Of a stretch of DNA of 64,000 nucleotides, positions 26,247-39,800 are shown in pieces. Position 1 is the stretch's first letter. Every line of letters starts with the position of its first letter. The notes beneath the pieces are model-generated. The model did no database searches. It saw nothing but the letters and a program-made list of their open reading frames with translations, and was not told the DNA's origin. The stretch comes from Balanoglossus misakiensis (taxonomy: Eukaryota > Animalia > Hemichordata): contig CM082584.2 of the NCBI GenBank assembly GCA_040954595.2, forward strand, positions 11,622,552 to 11,686,551. Reading direction: 5' to 3'. The translations under genes were made by a program, and so were the position numbers.

Positions 26247-29200
26247 TAAAAATAAATTTCCCTTTATTTTCATCACTTTCTTTAACTGACGGCTGAGAAC
26301 GGAATGTGAAAATTTGCTACTTAAATCTTGCAAAAGTGTTACGTTTCAATATAAAGTGAATGAAAATTTTGGAGCTAATACCCAGGGGGAAAAATGAACC
26401 CAAAACTAGCACACATTTACAATTTTTTTTGTATTCTTAGGAGCTTATAACACCCCTCTGATTTGATCTCTTTGTTTGTGACAAAAGATCTTTCACAGAA
26501 GTTCAAACTCTTTTTTTATTAAGGCAATCGCGGTGGTCCATTACGCCTATTGAATATATTCTATTCACCCTTTGTTCTAAGATTTCAACTGAAATAGTCT
26601 TTGGCGAGAATCAGCGTGGCTGCTTTGATTGCAGTTGGCAAACTACGCTTGGCATGAATGGAGCCATTGTGGTTTCACACGTCTGTATTCAAACAGCGAA
26701 AAACGACAAATAAAAAAAGTGGAATTAATATTGGACTAGCGTTTGTCGGTCGGCACTGGAATAATGCGCGCAATATTATGAAGTTTGCCACAAGTACGTT
26801 GAACCTGTATATTAACACTGAGTAGCTCAGACAAAGACTGCTTCTACGCCTGGTGTATGATAAACCATGACTGTTCAGATGATTGGCAGGCCAGTCGACC
26901 AATCAGAAACCGGCTCCAGACTTCCAATTCTCTCACTGTAATAACAACTTCAAGCAAAAAACGTCCAGATGCACTTAATATTAAAGAAGCGCCAAATTTT
27001 GATGATTTCTGTGGCATCTTCTGCGAATTCATTAAAATGAATTATCCTTTACTTAGTGCTGTTTCGTGACAGATGATCCCTTCTGTACCGCAAAACGAAA
27101 AATTGCAACTTTGAACATAAATAAAATATACCAGGCGGTATGAAATATTCAACGCATCACTGCACGAACACAGCTGAATTATTTATTGTCATATTCAAGT
27201 TGCTCGCCTCGTGTTTGGACTCTGAATTTGAATCTGTTGTCTGAGATCTAGTGGGCAAATACAATCCGGGCTGGGTGACACCAAACTGCAACTCAATGGG
27301 AGGTCTTATTCTCTCCTTCGTTTACCGATGCATTAACTCCGCTCAGAAAGCTGATCGCATTACAAACATTGCAGCGTTACGCATATACACTGCTCAATTT
27401 GGGATCTCAATTTGAAACTGGAGGTGGCGATATCGTGCAATAATTGTGCTCTGCTCAGAGATGGAAGCATGGTTTTTGTTTTCAGAAAACATCAAATATT
27501 TGAAATGGTGAGGCAACTCGATTCGTGCATGAGTCTTGGCTAATTTTATTGATAATGTGCCCTATGCAATCAACCTACTTTTAATAGCAGTTGGCAACAG
27601 GGTTTCAGTGCAACTTCTTCAAAAAGGGCTTCAAAAAACACTCTTTTATAAAAAAAAAAATATTATCTTTAATTCCATGACATTTTCAAAATAAAGACAT
27701 ATCAATTGAAAGTCAAATGCATTTTAAAAAATATTTGGAAGCACAGTCCCCATCACCACCTCGCCATGGAATAGTCTTATTGTTTTTATTGATATAGTTG
27801 GACCCACACACAGGAATGAGGGGTGAATGCGGTAACTACGATAGTGACATTTTCTAAATTGATAATAAAACAATATACTCGGCTACTAAAACTTCATAAA
27901 ACTGCTGGACCGGCACATTTTATTTTATTTCTACTTCTAATCAAATAACAGCGTGCAGTCTGGTGTAGTTTTTTAATATGAGGAATAGATACTCGGTTGT
28001 ATTTGAACTTGATTTCATTGCAGTGACTTCCATGATAGATGGTTTTGATGTTTGGCTTTGCAGCAGGAAATGGACAATGCTGTGTAAACCTGTTTTATTT
28101 GCTTTTCACAAAGCACCTGTCATTATCAGAGTCATTTCTCATGACAAATCCTCCTCTTAATGACGTTACTAATAGCTGAATCTGAATGACAATGCAACTT
28201 TGAGAGAATGAATTTTTTTGTTTTTTAAATCAAGAAAAAAACAGATTTTGGGGGGATTTCTTCGGGGCATGCAATAAGAAAAATCTTGCTACTCGAACTA
28301 GAAACACGGATATCGTTGTGTAAACCCGAGCCATGGCAACCCAGTATATGCTGCATCTGAACTTCGCCATGTTTGAACATCCATACGTTTGCGCTTTTCA
28401 CAGATTACCACTCAAAACACACAGCCGTAAATACTGGAAATTTTACTGCGGAAAAAATTATGCCTCCCCATCAAAGTCTTTATGATGCAAATAAATTACA
28501 GTGAGCAGATTCTTGTCATTAAAATCCACACGGCTGCCCTTTTTTTACGCTATTCAATGCTAACATATTCCAGTATCAGTCAGTGGATATCTTGTTTGTC
28601 ATTAATGTTTTCAGTGTTTTTACTTTCTTGTCACATAAAAGGCAAGAAATTTGCTTTTGAACTGTAGTGACATAATCTCCCCCAAGCGAGAATACATCAT
28701 TAATCTTCCCCCTTCGTCATCTATTAGCTTTTCTTTCTCCCCACAAACTTCCTGGAATTGTCCTCCAAAACATAAGCTGGCCATTTATTTCACTTTGTTT
28801 TATGGATAGCTTGAGCTACCTTTTATTGCATAGTAGTCTCCCCTAAACTCTTTAATGGTTTCAACCAGAACATTAGGACAACTATTAAACACTAAAAAGG
28901 ACATGTTTTCCGAGACATCTCGCAGGACACGATCTCTCGTACCCAAAAAGATGTCAGAAGTGCTCACTGATAAAAGGTCCACCCGTGAAATATGATCAGC
29001 AAAGTTGTTTTTAATTGAGTTCCAGAATGAATGTTGATTTTTAGTGTTGGCATAGCAGGTGTATTATGCCAGCCTGCTCCTACTTTCAGCTTAGATTGTT
29101 CTTTTCGTTGGTCCTTAGCAACGCGAGGAGATGGCTTGCACTCCCCTACATTATAAATGAATACAGATGACCCACAGAACAAAAAACTCATGAAAAAACA

Positions 29201-32200
29201 AACACTATAATTCAGGGGAGTATGAAATGCTTTAAGAAAACCCACAGTAATTAAGATGATTTATTTTGTCTCCATATTACTTAGGCCATACCGGCTGTAC
29301 CTTTTGTTTCACGGCTCCCCAGAGTGTGAAAACGCACACTCCAGCTTCACGTTTTGCATTCAGGCTGCAACAACAAAGCATTCTATTCCACAGAAGCTGT
29401 TGAGGATTTGCCATTCAGTGTGTCGGTAATAAACCAGGGAAAATCTAGGTGATTAAGAGTTGGAATTTAACAAGCTACATACTATTTAAGTCCTTTGAAG
29501 GGGAAAGTAACAGAAAATAGGTAATTTTCTGGGGGAAATTGACGCTAATGACATTTTCTTATCCAGTGTTAAGAACTCCTGGATAAAGCCAGTAGAGGCA
29601 GCAAAAAATAATCAGTTTCTTTTTTAACTATTATTTTAAGTTGTTTTTTTTCCTTTTAGCTGACAAATAACCATAGCGATGGCCAACACCACGAAAACAG
29701 ATTTCCATGTCGCTCTGAGTTGGTTGTTAACTAGCTGTTCAAGAATTGAAGCTGCATAGCTTTTATCTTCCTACCTTCCAGCCATAACTCATCCCTCTTT
29801 TCAGAAAAAAAAACTGTTTTCCCAACAAACCAAGATCGATTTATAATTGGTGAATGGGCAATACGTGATACTAATCTATTCAAAGGATTATTTTCCTCGA
29901 CTGTCATCAATGTAAATAATGAATTCAGTTCCACTGTTATTTTCTCACCAAAGGCCATTTGATAAATTGAAAAAGAAACAACGGATTTGAGGATAAGAAA
30001 CTAATTGTGCTCATTCCATTTGGTGTTTGTTTTGCTATTGTTGACACCAGAGCTTTTTTTCCATGGTTATTAAAATATAAAGACCATTATTCTCCTTTCT
30101 GTCAGACACGTGATAGAGAACCCACAATTCGACAAAAGCCAAGGGTATTAATGTTGTAAATAATTAAAGATGGGAAAAATCATGAACTTGGTTTGAAAGA
30201 AAAATTCCAGGTTTGTTGTTGGCAACCAATTTTATGTCTCTCTGTTGCCGGTTCCTGGGATTTACGAGAATTTGTCACAATTAGATATTAATGTCTCTTG
30301 TCAACAAACACATTGTAGGCAGCAGTTACAGCAGTGGGGTTTCTTCATTCTGTGTCGTTTTTATTGAAGCCGTGGATAAGTAAAGGTTTCTTAGCAGCAC
30401 CATAAAATATCATTTCCCTGTTATCAAATTAAAGCAAGATATAAAGCCAGGCTGAGATCATATCCTGCGTTTGGTTATTATTAAGTTATGATAGAGGAAG
30501 TTGATGAATTATGGACTCTGAGTGCTGACAACATATCTCCTGTGCAGGACAATGTGGCCAGAACGTGGTGTGGGTGAACCGCCAAGGGCCTTTTGAACGC
30601 TCTGCAGCTGTAGACAAGACGTTGTTTTTCCTTGTAGCTTTTAAAAGGTGACAAGGAAGCAAATCTGGCATCTTATTCAATTCGCAGACTTGCCATTCAT
30701 AACTGGAAAAGAAATGAAGAAAAAGTAACACAGTTCATCAAAAGTTAATCAAATATACAAAATGCTGCGGCAAGACGCAGACTGTGGATGGGTTTTGCCC
30801 TCGAGCCATTTTCACTCTCTGCTCCAACTTCAACAGAATTATTACGGTGACTGCGTTTCTCGCAACCTCTTGATCCCATGCATCATTGCTGTAATTTCAA
30901 AATCAGGGGAAAATTCTTGTTCAAAGACACCTACCTCCATTTAACAGCCAAGAAATCCTTCTTCTTTTACATTCGCAGGGCATATAAACACCGGCAATGA
31001 ATTTAATCTATTTTGGGGAGAAAGTGAAAAAGAGAGAGAGAGAGATGAGAGAGGGAGAGAGAAACACACACACTCTGACGTTAGTTGAAATTTCATTTGA
31101 ACAACTGAAGTTGGCCAAAGTTGACCCCACGAAATGTTCCTCATGAGATCTATCGAATGATATACATGATATTAATCATCATTATTATTTCTATTAATAA
31201 TAACATTTCTCTTGCCACAGGAAAGTACGAGAGATTCAGATGAAAGACACGCAAGACGAAAGAATTGAAGAATACAGTTGAAAAGTAAGAACTGTCATAT
31301 TCTGCTTCCTTTTAAAACAATGTTGCATGATATTACTTCAAAAAAGAAAGAAAAGAGAGGTAATTTCTTTTTCTACTGCAAACAGCACGCTAATATACCC
31401 AGTACTCGGTCTGCTTGTCCACATAGAATGTATGTGTCTTACGGCCATTGTTATTGAATGGTGAGCAAATCTTCAATCAATGTGAACAATTTATTAACCA
31501 GAATTTTAGGACCATCGAAAGATGAAACAGCAATCCTTGGAGTTTTGTCAAACCACTGATACTCCCAGCTGACTGTGACTAGAATTTGCATTTAAAGTGA
31601 GGCATAATTTTATCACATTACACTTCATTACGCATTCACTTTTGTGCTATTAATTTTATGACAGCAAATTCTTGCTTGAGTTTATTACACAATGACATCA
31701 ATTTTCAAATCATTTTGTATCGCAGATTAAAGCCGCCAGAGATTCAATCTTCCCGAAACAAATAATAAAAATGGAAACCGTTCCAAACTTTGACACCGAG
31801 CACAATAAATCTTCAAATGACGGGGTAGGCCCATCAATTGCTCAACCTAAACTCTTGATATTGCCATAAGCAGTTGGTCACATGTTTCTTGTGGTCAATG
31901 CAACCAATCACTTTCATCACTGTTGCTATTTCTGGATTACCCGGTAAATCTTAAACGGCAAATATCAGAATAGAGACAATTTACGGTATTTACCAGAATC
32001 ATATCTTGTATCTTCTATGTTCCCCTCATCAACCATTTATGCACTTTTTAGTTTTAATTCAGCATTAAATGAAAAGAATGGCTTTTAAGTTAAGGATTAG
32101 AAGTATGTACGAACGTACATAGTCAGCAGGAATGTTACAGAAGTATCAAATCTAAAACTAGTAGTTGTAGCAACATCATGAAAAGGACACAGTGGAACTG

Positions 32201-33851
32201 AAAGACACAAGTTGATCAACTTCTACAACTGTAATGCTAAAAAATAATGCATTCTGATGCAGACACAGAGCTTTTGCCGAGAGAGCATAAGCTCGTTCTA
32301 CTTCTGTGGTTTTACCACAAAATCTGATTTGAAAACCATATCTTGGTGAGCTCTTAGCCCCAGGGGGGTTAGCCATCAAACAGCTCAGCTAAAGCCATGC
32401 ACGCTTTACCTTGATAGCATGACTAATTATAATTGCAAACTGTTAATTATGAAAATTGTACATGCTTGGGCGCTCTTTATACCAAACATCACACCCAATA
32501 AATCAAACAATTTATCCTCCCTAGTCCACGTCAAAACACGGCCACACAGCGTTTTTCTGCACTGAGGTGATATCATTAATCACTGGCCCTGCTAACAGAA
32601 ATAAAAATACTCCAATTCATTAACAAAGTGAGATAAAATTGATCCTACCACCAGAAAATTACTCTACTCCCTCAGGGATCCTCTGAATTTATGTTACCCA
32701 GACTCGCAAGACAGAAATATTGATGAAAATTTTCCCTGCCTTTAAACCGCAATAATTTTTAATCAACACCTTCCTTGTAAAAGTTTTACTCTCCATATAT
32801 ATATATTTATATAACTCATGCATATTTCGCGGTTGCTGTTTGGAGGCCGACACGCAGTGTGCATGGCCAGTGTCTGATTTCCTTTGCCCAAAAATTCACT
32901 TAACTTTGCGGAGTAATTCAATCACACACTTGGGCTAAATACCATTTTTGTTCCAATTCAGTGTTTAACTCTGGCTGATAATTTGATGAGCAATCACAGT
33001 TCTCAATTTGTTGCAACTTCCACATCAGGGTCTCCACGGCGACATGGTCTCTTGAGATGTTTAACCGCCATGATCAGTGCGCATCCATGAATTCATTCCA
33101 AGGAGTCTATTACAAAAGTCCTCTAGACCAATGTTCTGGACAACTGCCCATACCATCTCTTTTCGCGCCATTTTTTCATGGTGTAGACACAGATATTTGA
33201 GAAATTGTTTACTTTAATGTCAAATTTGGAAAGTGTTAAGATGAATATTTTTAGAAAACGCCTGTTTGAAATTTTGAACTTGGATCAGCATATGAATAAT
33301 TAGGATGCCAGTTTAAATATCTAAACATGGGATCTGAGTTTCAATTTACAAAAAACCATGAACAGCATGGCGGTGAATTCTCTCGTAGACAACGACAAAC
33401 CCAAAACTTCAATCACAAAAATAAATAGTATGCGGAAAGCAATTATTTGAAAGATCAAAGCCTGTCAAAAAACAACTCGCAGATTCACAAGGGAATGTAA
33501 ACCACTCTCAAGTATCCAGACGGACTCTTGAAAATAGTGATGTACTACCCCAGAAAAAAAATCAGCCAAATAAAAAAAATCAGACATATTGGATCATTGT
33601 CCCAGCGGTTCCAATAATCCAAATATGAATCCTAGTATTATGCTGACTTTAAGTTATTTTGACAGTTTCTTATTTGTACAGTTGCGTGGTACAAGCAGTC
33701 GGGATAATGCCAAACTGAGACCCAGTCCACTGGGAGAGAGGCGAACAAACAAAAGCTGATCCGGGGGTCAAAATTTTCATACACCAGCCACTTCCCCCCT
33801 GTACTTTTAGCGGATGATCTTTGCCAATGTTTAGACAGACAGCTAATGCAG

Positions 33852-33880
33852 GAGAGAGAGAGAGAGAGAGGGGGGGGGGG
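33852..33880 (+). repeat. (GA)n followed by poly-G
   Basis: Read directly from the sequence. Confidence 0.9.
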
Positions 33881-36800
33881 ATTTTCATCTCGCAAAACAT
33901 CAACTGGGATATACACTCTTGCTTTAAATGCCAATACAAATTGGCTACCCTCTTCCCTGCTCTGATTCTTCATACATAAACGTAACGAGAAATCCGTCAG
34001 AGCAGACCGCCACCGCTCCGCTGGGAAATGAAGCAAAAGGATGTCCAATTCCCAGTTCAAAATAGAATATAAAATAGACCCCTTGCCACTAATACTCAAT
34101 AGATATTCCATTTTCTCTTCCTTCCTCAGCTGTCTTGCCAGCGAAGACTTTTGCATTATTGCACTGGCCTCCCCTGATTTCTCTGGAGATGCCAACACAT
34201 GTAGCATGAGTTTGGCATTTCCTGATCATTCTATGCTGCTAGCTGCTGCAAGTCTTCACTTGGGGGCATTATACTTCCACATTAAAACCTTACAAATGTG
34301 TGTGTGTGTGCATCTGTACTTCATTTACCAATTATCCTATACTTTATAAATTGAAGGTCAAGTTCAACCCACAGGAGTTAAAGTCATTTTTTTCTCCTTT
34401 CAATATCACATTCAAGACAGCAAAAGACAGCATCACTGTCAATGAAGGTAATCATGTTTTTGTGAATGAACCTGGTGAGATATTCATGGATTATGTACTT
34501 CTGAAAAAGGCAAAAAGCCAGTTTCTTGTCTGCGTGTCCACGAGAAACAAGAAAATCAACAACTTAGTTATTAAACATCAGGTGAAGTTTCAAAAATCTC
34601 AAATGTTGTTTGGTCCTGATTCTTTGATGAAAGAAAAACAGCCATTAATCTTGATTCTAGCAAGAAAAAAATCTGATTATCGAAACACAGAGGAACAGGG
34701 ATTTGCATCGCACTACATAAACACCCCTGGTAGAGCTTACAAATAATTCAGATGCCATCTGAAGATTTGTAGAGCCCTTGAGATGGCGTTCTCAAACATG
34801 TACATATGCATGTTTCCTTTATGTGCTCACTCAGTGTCCAGCTGTCGTGTGTCTGTCTTTCAAGACATATCGTCTCATCAAATTTTGAACAAAAAAATCC
34901 ACATTTACTATTATATGATAGATAAATCATGGATTCCTTTTTGTTTCTGTGGTATCCAGGGGGAATTATGTCATTATTCAGTAAATCTGACAAATTTGTA
35001 CAAGTTTCACAAAATAAATCTGCATTGTGTGTGTTATTATACCCTGAAGAGCTTTGCGCAGCGAGCTTCTGTTGGAAAACAAGCAGTGAACAAGACAAAA
35101 ATAAAACAGCCCAGAGGATGATAAGGTTGTTCAGTGATGAGGGAGGGATCAGTAGTTTAGAGGGGATCTAGAGGAAAATATAAACTTTTGAGGAAACTAC
35201 TCTGAAACAATAATTACTTCTCTTCTGCAGAATTTCTCTCAGTATATGTTAAAGTTCAGATGGAAAATCAGGTTTATTTATACTGCACTTTTGCCAAAAT
35301 TACACCACAATCACACAAAGTGAGGAACCCTGACTACATGTGCTTGCATGCACAAAGAGGAACATTGAAATGTAAACATTCTCAGCTCCGATGCACCGAT
35401 GCATTCTGTGATAATGTCTCATCTAGATGCATGAAGTCGGCCCCCGCATGTGCAAGACACACATGTGATTGCAACTTGTAACATGCCCGTAGGTGGAACT
35501 TCTTCTCTGGCATACAACTGTGAAGTTTCACATGACGTGAATGATTGGACTATTTAAGGGCACGCGAGTGCATCTCAATGATAACAGGATCCCTGAGTCT
35601 GACCGAAACGACAAACAACGCCTGTGTGCGACCGAGCCAGTCACTCTTTCACGCCGTATTTTGTCTGGAGCGCGATGCAAATTCACCAGACAGATAAGAG
35701 AGCTAGGCCCGCCCGCGGAGAGATCTATGCTGGCCTAACACCGGGTCAAAAAGGCTGCATTGTCCAGAACCAATTAGTCACATGTACTTCTTTGAAGCTT
35801 TACTCTGTATATAAAGTGATAGGAATCCTAATAGAGCTGTATTAAGCTCCCATACAACAACAGTTACAAACGAGATGCATTTCAAATGGGTTTCTTATTC
35901 CAACCTAATCCCTTCATTGAGTCTATCACGACGTCTCAAGGCTTTCGCATTCCAATCACAGTCGAGCAAAAGTCACGGTCTTTGCCCCTTCCCCCTCCCC
36001 CAACTAAAGCCAATGCTACCAAGTTGTACTTCACAAAATAAAATTCCTATATTTTGGAAATTGAGAGAACAATGGTAATAATGGTATAATGGTATGACAA
36101 TAGGCTGATTCTGACCTTTGAAATGTAATTGTAAAAGAATTGATGACAGTTTTTAGACAGAAAAGGTGCACGGAAACATGATTTTGTGAGTTTGAGGATT
36201 TGAGGAAAATCTGCAATAAAGGTGTCACTGTCTTATTAAATCAGTGGAGTGAATCTATGAACAGACATTGTCTATTCATACTCATTTCTAATGATGGAAT
36301 TTCTTCCTTGAATTGTCCGCTCAAAAATGATTTGAACAGCCATAAAAAAATGACATAGCTCTAGGACATATATCACACAAATGCACCGGCAGCTCCACCA
36401 ATATGGCCGCAGAGGCCAGGCCAGCAATATCCTTTGCATCTAAACAAACCTGAGCGCACAAAACAAATATCACAATAAAGCCAGGATTCTGAGACTGGCA
36501 GATGTTGCCTCTAAGATGGAGTTTTATAGAGTACCAGGAAATTACACGACATCCGCCGCTTTCTAGTCCACCATTGAAGGCTCTAAAACCAGCTGTCTTT
36601 TTGAACAACTCTCCGTTTTTTCAACATTTGCTGCTTTGCAATTGTCTTGTTGAGGCTACGGCAGGATGAAGAACTGGCAGAGGGAACAAAACATCCGTTA
36701 CTATGGAAATTGTCTCCCCAAGATGATAACTGGTTTTTTACTACCATCACTTGAGTCAGCAGTGGTGTTCAAAAAAATCTTCACCAGTACCATTATGAAT

Positions 36801-39800
36801 GTAGACAACTTGTTCAATAAAAAATCATTTAGATTTAAATTATTTTCCACTATGAACTGCAACATTGGTATTGGATTTTTTTCGTCATTGTTAGCTGCAA
36901 GTACGACTCACAAAATGATTTTAATACTGATATATATCAAAATGCTTAATTCTAATCCACTAGCTGTTCTGATTGTGCAGCTGTGTGTATTCCACAGGAT
37001 GTACTGAAGGACAGGAGAATTTTTATAGTGTGTGATGCACTTTAGAGAAGCCTTAGAATGGAATATAGCATGCAAGCCTAGTTTCTCAGCAACGTTCACA
37101 TATAATTATTTTGCCCTGACGTGAACTTTCCCATTATCTTTGTGGCTGCATTGTGTTTACTATGGAAAGTGTGCTGAAGTGCAAAGTGTTTTGTACCCCC
37201 CACTGTCAGGCACATGTACATGTACTGTACCACCACCAGGGAGGGATGACCTTGAACAAGGTCATGCTGAGGTAACAGTCCCCAGTGTGTATTCTCTGGC
37301 TTCATTTGATTGACAGGCAAACTGGGGAGACACCAACACGACAGTAGTCGAAACGCTGATAGACTCACACTGTTTTACAGGAGGATATTTCAATGTTTAC
37401 TGAGCCGTGACCTAGAGTGTTTTGACTGCTGTGTCTGGGTAAACTTCTTCTGACATGTCTTGAGACAGCAGCTGAAGTGACTTTGTACACGGAAGAGTGC
37501 ACGAGATGTGTGTGCGTTACCTGACAAGTCGCGTTTTAGCCTGTGCACCTATGCAAGTCTAATTGCTACAATGACACAACGATGTAACAGTACAGAGGAT
37601 GAACAATATTTTTTTCAGAGAAGACAATTAAACCTAAGCATTTGTGCCACCTGTCAGTCCAAAATGACCGTGATACAAAGTGCTCCGGTGAATTGAAAAA
37701 TTTAAAAACAAAATAAAAAGAATCTGTTAATCAAAACTGATAACATCTGTGCCTCAAACCATGTGCTTTAATTTATTTTAATTTTTATTTCTTTTAATTT
37801 GCTTCCACACTGATGCAAATTTGAGAATGTTTATTCATCCTTACATTAAGTACTCAACAATGAATTCATAGCTGACAATGTGTGACCCTGCTCATCTTTC
37901 CACTTCAGACGCTGGGAGGCAGGTGGTCTTTCTTAAGACGCTGGAAGATTTGAAAGGAGTTCAGCTGCAAGATCAAATGCAAAGATACAACGCTACTATA
38001 TGTGGTGGAGAAGCTTTTGCTGGAACCACTTGGAGAGAGGACTTCACTGCAACAAACACAATTATCTCTGGCTCTTCAGCGTGATGGCAGAGGTAAGTGT
38101 CTATACACACAACTTGTAACAGCCTCTCGGGACACCCTCATCAGTGCACACCTTGGTCAGATAATAACCCCATTTGTAAACTAATCAACGCTATCTCCAG
38201 CTGATTAAATGCTAATGAATTATTTACCGCGGCCAGACAGCCAGTTTATTCAAACTTCAGTGGTCATCGGAGTGTGACCATTGAAATGTGATACATTCCA
38301 ACATATATATTCATGAAGTATGGGGGAGAAAAGTACACTTGAGAACGCCAAATTCAATTTGAAGCTGCTGCTGGTAAGTATTACTCTGTCCGTGTAACTC
38401 ATGCACTTGTCAAACATCTGGCTATACTTGACAATTGGTCTTAATGATCCTGGCCACTCAAATAACAATCACTTATAAACACAATTCTGCTAATATTGAA
38501 GGGTTGTAATTACCAGTAAAAAGGGGACTTTAATTGGTGATTAGTTTCTCTACAGACAACCCATGCATGTCTCTCTTTTATAATAGACTGTACCAACAGT
38601 GGTTTTAATCAAATTTCATTTTTTAAACACAGCTGTATAACAGCTACGTATACTGGTACAAGAATCCTGAGTACATATTGGAACTCATTCTGTAAAATGC
38701 CGGCTCTAGTAGTCGATTTAAAGGATTTCTAGAAGTCAATCTTTTTCTGGACTTTCTTTGAGTGATTCGAACTTCTCAGACTTCAAGGGTTTTCCAGGAT
38801 TGTACAAAGCTTATGCTTAACGTCAGAGTAATTGGTGGAACTTTGTTGAATTAAAAGGTCATCTCTAAAGTTTTGTCTCGAGGCAATAGCGCTATCCGAA
38901 AGCAGTGATGTAACAAGACAATGTCTGTAAAATTGATTGGTTGAAAAGTTTTGCCTTGAAGTCAGCGCACAGAACAGGGAAAACAGCATTCGGTCTAAAA
39001 AGTACGCTGGGCAAACTCATAAATGTTGCATTACAAGCGCATCAGTTTGTAATTCCCGATAAAACAGATTACACTGCGACTCAAATTGGTTCCTTTCTGA
39101 TGCAAGACACGGCAAATTGTTAAGAATCGGAAAAACATTTGTCAGAGGAGTCTGAGCCCAGTTCCGGAAGTTGTTCCAATTCCGGACTTTCAATCGGTGC
39201 GCAATTCACAGTCGAGGCTGACGTTCAGCTCATTATGCATTCAAAGCGTTAGCTTTTGTTTTATTGCTCTAATTGCTAATGGAGTTGTTTGGGCAGGCAG
39301 GCACGAGGGGCAGCGCATCTCATCTTAATGAAGCAGAACGAGAGATTAGAGTAATTACTGCAGCTTTATCTTCCTGCCAAGCGCAGAGGATAAAAAAAAC
39401 TCCCCGATACATATCTGAGTAGGAACCCTAATCAACTCAATGTTGCAGCAATTAAAAACTTCCTTTTAAAGAATGTTTCCTTGAAAGCCAATAACTTTCA
39501 ACAAGAGTATAATCACCGGAAGTCATCTAATCTAGTTGTAAGTAGATTTGTTTCGATGTTTTTTGACAGTTCCAGGGTACGGTGACTCAACTAATGACGT
39601 TGCTGATGCTGTTATGTGCTTTTGGTTCAAAGGCTTTGCCACTTCATCTTAGCCATCTAAATTCAAAGTTGCCTCATACATTTAGCATCACTTCATTTGC
39701 ATGCCAGGACTGGGATTGGGTTTTAAACTTCCCAAAAATAAGAAGTGTACTTTAATGGTACATGTACAACAGGTCAAACTGATTCCAATAAGAGATTCTG

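Noticed and set aside
33638-35171. Longest unexplained ORFs (189 aa minus, 148 aa plus, and others)
   Set aside because: No recognisable domains, one runs through a microsatellite, and they overlap on opposite strands; consistent with chance ORFs.
35554-35574. TTAAGGGCACGCGAGTGCATC resembles miR-124
   Set aside because: Indels in and after the seed, and no complementary arm seen.
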